Source: Phoronis australis
Taxonomy: Eukaryota > Animalia > Phoronida
DNA length: 64,000 nucleotides
NCBI GenBank assembly: GCA_002633005.1
Contig: NMRA01000553.1
Coordinates: 62,161 to 126,160, forward strand
Direction: 5' to 3'
Positions 61,901 to 64,000 of the stretch are shown here, piece after piece (positions within the stretch are counted from its first letter, which is position 1; each line of letters starts with the position of its first letter). The position numbers and the translations under genes were made by a program. The notes below the pieces were generated by a model, which saw nothing but the letters and a program-made list of their open reading frames with translations, was not told where the DNA came from and made no database searches.

Positions 61901-64000
61901 TTTACTTTGTGATATTTGCAGGTTTTTTCTTTCAGTTATCCACGATTTTTCCATGCACGAAAACTATCTTATTCTTTTTAAATTTTCCCTAGTGCGTGTG
62001 AATCATGGTGTAGTGGCCAAACTAACCATATACAGGTTAAAAATTAACATAATTTATACCACAACCATACATTTGTTACAACTTTTAAAATTTTTGACAT
62101 AAATCCAAGAACTTTTCCTCAGGTATAAAAGAAACTAAATACAAATAACAACAAGCTTTTTTGCACTTAAAATTGCAAAGCCTAAGTTTGGCATTTTGTC
62201 TTTTCCTTGCACAACCCTGAGTCACCCCCCCACAACACTTACGGCGAAGAGCTCTTGCGAAGTGATGTAACTCTTCATGCCGTCCGAGGTGAGTGCGCGG
62301 AACGCTTGCTCCACGTCGGCGCTCGACTGCACGTTCTCTGTCTCACGGCTGATCATGAACGCCATGTACTCTTGTAGTGAGACGTAGCCGTCCCTGTAAC
62401 GAGGTAACAACAAGGTTAGTCAAGAAATCAGGACGTTTCTGTTTCTTACAAGTTGAAGAAGAAAAAAACATTGTGCGGACATTACACATGTTATATTCAA
62501 ACAATTTTATAATTGAAGCCTTACAGCTGATTAGCTGAAACAAATTTTAAAAAAATTCAGAAACTTTGTGACCGTTGAACTATGGTTCGACAGGTCACTT
62601 GGCAGATTTGACGCACCAGGTACGTGTTCTGTAACCTTAGTCACTTACAAGACACACAGCAAGAAATTTTGGTTGGAGGAATTGGAGTATTGAATTTTCT
62701 TCCGTACTTCATAAGTAAGGACTAGAAGTCCAATCAATTCAATGGTAGCCATTTTTCTAATGTACATTAGTGAGGTCGGGAAATGGTCCGGTTTTGCAAT
62801 TGTGAACTCGTAAGAAACTAATCATAGAGAGCACAAGTCCAGGTCAACTAGAACTGAAAGGGAATTATTCGTCAAATAATCTATACGTTCCTGCCAAAGA
62901 CAACTGCAGCAAAAGAGACACATAAAATCAGGCTACCCGAACAACACAGTTCACACACTATGAACACAGTTCCACATTCAAGAACACGACTCACGGGCCT
63001 GGCTTGTAAATTCAATTCGCCGACTCGGATCTGTCATCGATCGGACAACATTGCTGGAATGCTGAATTGTGGGGCAAAACAATTTGAAAACGCCTAGAAT
63101 ATTCACTATTCCAATTGTGTAGGGCAAGGTTTCTCGCCACATCACGCGACCAGTTTAACTCTCACCAACATTCATAAAGACACGTGACAGCACTTTACCT
63201 GTTGGGGTCAACAGAGTCGAGTATGGCCTGGAACTCAGGGTCCACCTGTCCCTCCTCCACCATGGGCAGGTCATAGCCCAGGGCACGCAGGCATGACTTG
63301 AACTCTTGATGGTCCAGCTTGCCAGACTTATCCTTGTCGAAATGTCTGCAAGAGAAGATAACATGTGCTGAAGGGGTGTTGACTGGCAGTAAGACTGTGT
63401 AATGGGCATGACATGAGTAATGAGGCAATCATCACTGACTCACTTATTGAATGGACTTAGGGACACTGCTGAGCACAGGATGGTGTCATCACAAACACAA
63501 TCTACAGTAAGTGAATGAAACAATATATCCTCTTCATACGAGAGCTGGTAATCACTTCTTCATCTTATTGTAAAGAAATTTACTTTTTCCAGTGAATTCG
63601 AAGCCCTAAAGCCACACAGCTCCTTGTGCCAGCCTTCCCCCCCCCGGTACCTTGCGACCACTCAACTGAACATCATACTTAACCCCCTCTCATGTCCCTG
63701 TACCCTGCAGCCACTCAAACATCATGCTAACCCCCCCTCTCATGACCCCGTACCCCACAGCCACTCCCTTGAACATCACCCTAACCCCCTCTCTCATGTC
63801 CCCGTACCCCGTGGCCACTCCCTTGAACATCACCCTAACCCCCCCCTTTCATGTCCCCATACCCCATGGCTACTCACTTGAACATCATGCTAAACTCCCT
63901 CAGAGCCTCCTCCGTCACTCCGCTCGTGTTGCGAGCCTGAATCTGTTGCTCCAAGTTGTGCTGCATCCTCATACCCAGCTGGTCCAGTTGATCCCACTGT
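58794..64000 (-). CDS. SPTAN1: Spectrin alpha chain (non-erythrocytic type), 3' end; partial, continues beyond the window. Exons 64000..63878, [63345..63199 or 61372..61226], [62393..62243 or 60408..60258], 58919..58794
   Basis: The spliced translation [73 protein letters not shown]...[25 protein letters not shown]...[45 protein letters not shown] is the recognisable alpha-spectrin last repeat and EF-hand C-terminus. GT-AG junctions are phase-consistent when one copy of each duplicated exon is used. Confidence 0.96.
59315..59516 (-). mobile_element. tRNA-derived SINE in the last intron of alpha-spectrin
   Basis: On the - strand: A box TGGCTCAGTGG and B box GGTTCAAATCC at tRNA-like spacing, followed by a non-tRNA body; no paired acceptor stem. 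Confidence 0.7.
60258..60408 (-). CDS. SPTAN1: Alpha-spectrin 151-bp exon, duplicate copy left of the gap
   Basis: Same peptide and splice sites as 62243-62393; probably the other allele. Confidence 0.88.
61226..61372 (-). CDS. SPTAN1: Alpha-spectrin 147-bp exon, duplicate copy left of the gap
   Basis: Same peptide and splice sites as 63199-63345; probably the other allele. Confidence 0.8.
61439..61768. other. Assembly gap (330 N)
   Basis: Run of N. Confidence 1.
62243..62393 (-). CDS. SPTAN1: Alpha-spectrin EF-hand exon, 151 bp (copy right of the gap)
   Basis: gttacag| [50 protein letters not shown] |gtaagt. Confidence 0.9.
63199..63345 (-). CDS. SPTAN1: Alpha-spectrin EF-hand exon, 147 bp (copy right of the gap)
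   Basis: tcttgcag| [26 protein letters not shown]...DPN AG|gtaaag. Confidence 0.92.
63638..63901. repeat. ~54-bp minisatellite x5 spanning an alpha-spectrin exon/intron junction
   Basis: (g)aacatca recurs at 63668, 63717, 63771, 63825 and 63880; the last copy is the real exon end plus donor. Confidence 0.8.
63878..64000 (-). CDS. SPTAN1: Alpha-spectrin exon (truncated by window edge)
   Basis: [40 protein letters not shown], then AA|gtgagt. Confidence 0.95.

Larger units (their letters stand above)
59759..63411. repeat. ~1.65-kb tandem duplication (59759-61438 and 61769-63411) flanking a 330-N gap; probable allelic assembly artefact
   Basis: Copy 1 ends and copy 2 begins exactly at the gap; the copies differ by scattered SNPs and small indels. 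Confidence 0.9.

Overview
Eukaryotic (animal) genomic DNA, AT-rich, with spliceosomal introns, many short non-autonomous repeats and assembly gaps. An invertebrate deuterostome is my inference, not a demonstrated source. The + strand carries three intact, tandem, same-orientation stomatin / band-7 / MEC-2-like genes: A 4527-25261 (290 aa), B 30473-36019 (~297 aa) and C 42822-55760 (~285 aa). All three share a six-coding-exon plan (variable exon 1, then 104, 73, 83, 260 and 280-286 bp). The 3' end of an alpha-spectrin gene (EF-hand region) converges on them from the - strand at 58794-64000. The most notable signal is exon-restricted concerted evolution among the paralogs. The coiled-coil part of exon 6 is about 96-97% identical in all three, and the membrane-hairpin exon 2 is 100/104 identical between A and C with no synonymous change. 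By contrast, exon 5 and the introns are heavily diverged. Other points: a candidate upstream GC-donor exon and a symmetric cassette exon that could give gene A alternative N-termini; two dead copies of the exon-2 5' end in gene C; MITEs with 5-bp and 8-bp target duplications; a 1.2-kb foldback element; tRNA-derived SINEs; a decayed THAP domain; and two gap-flanking tandem duplications that are probably haplotype assembly artefacts. All alignments and counts were done by eye, and no database search was run.
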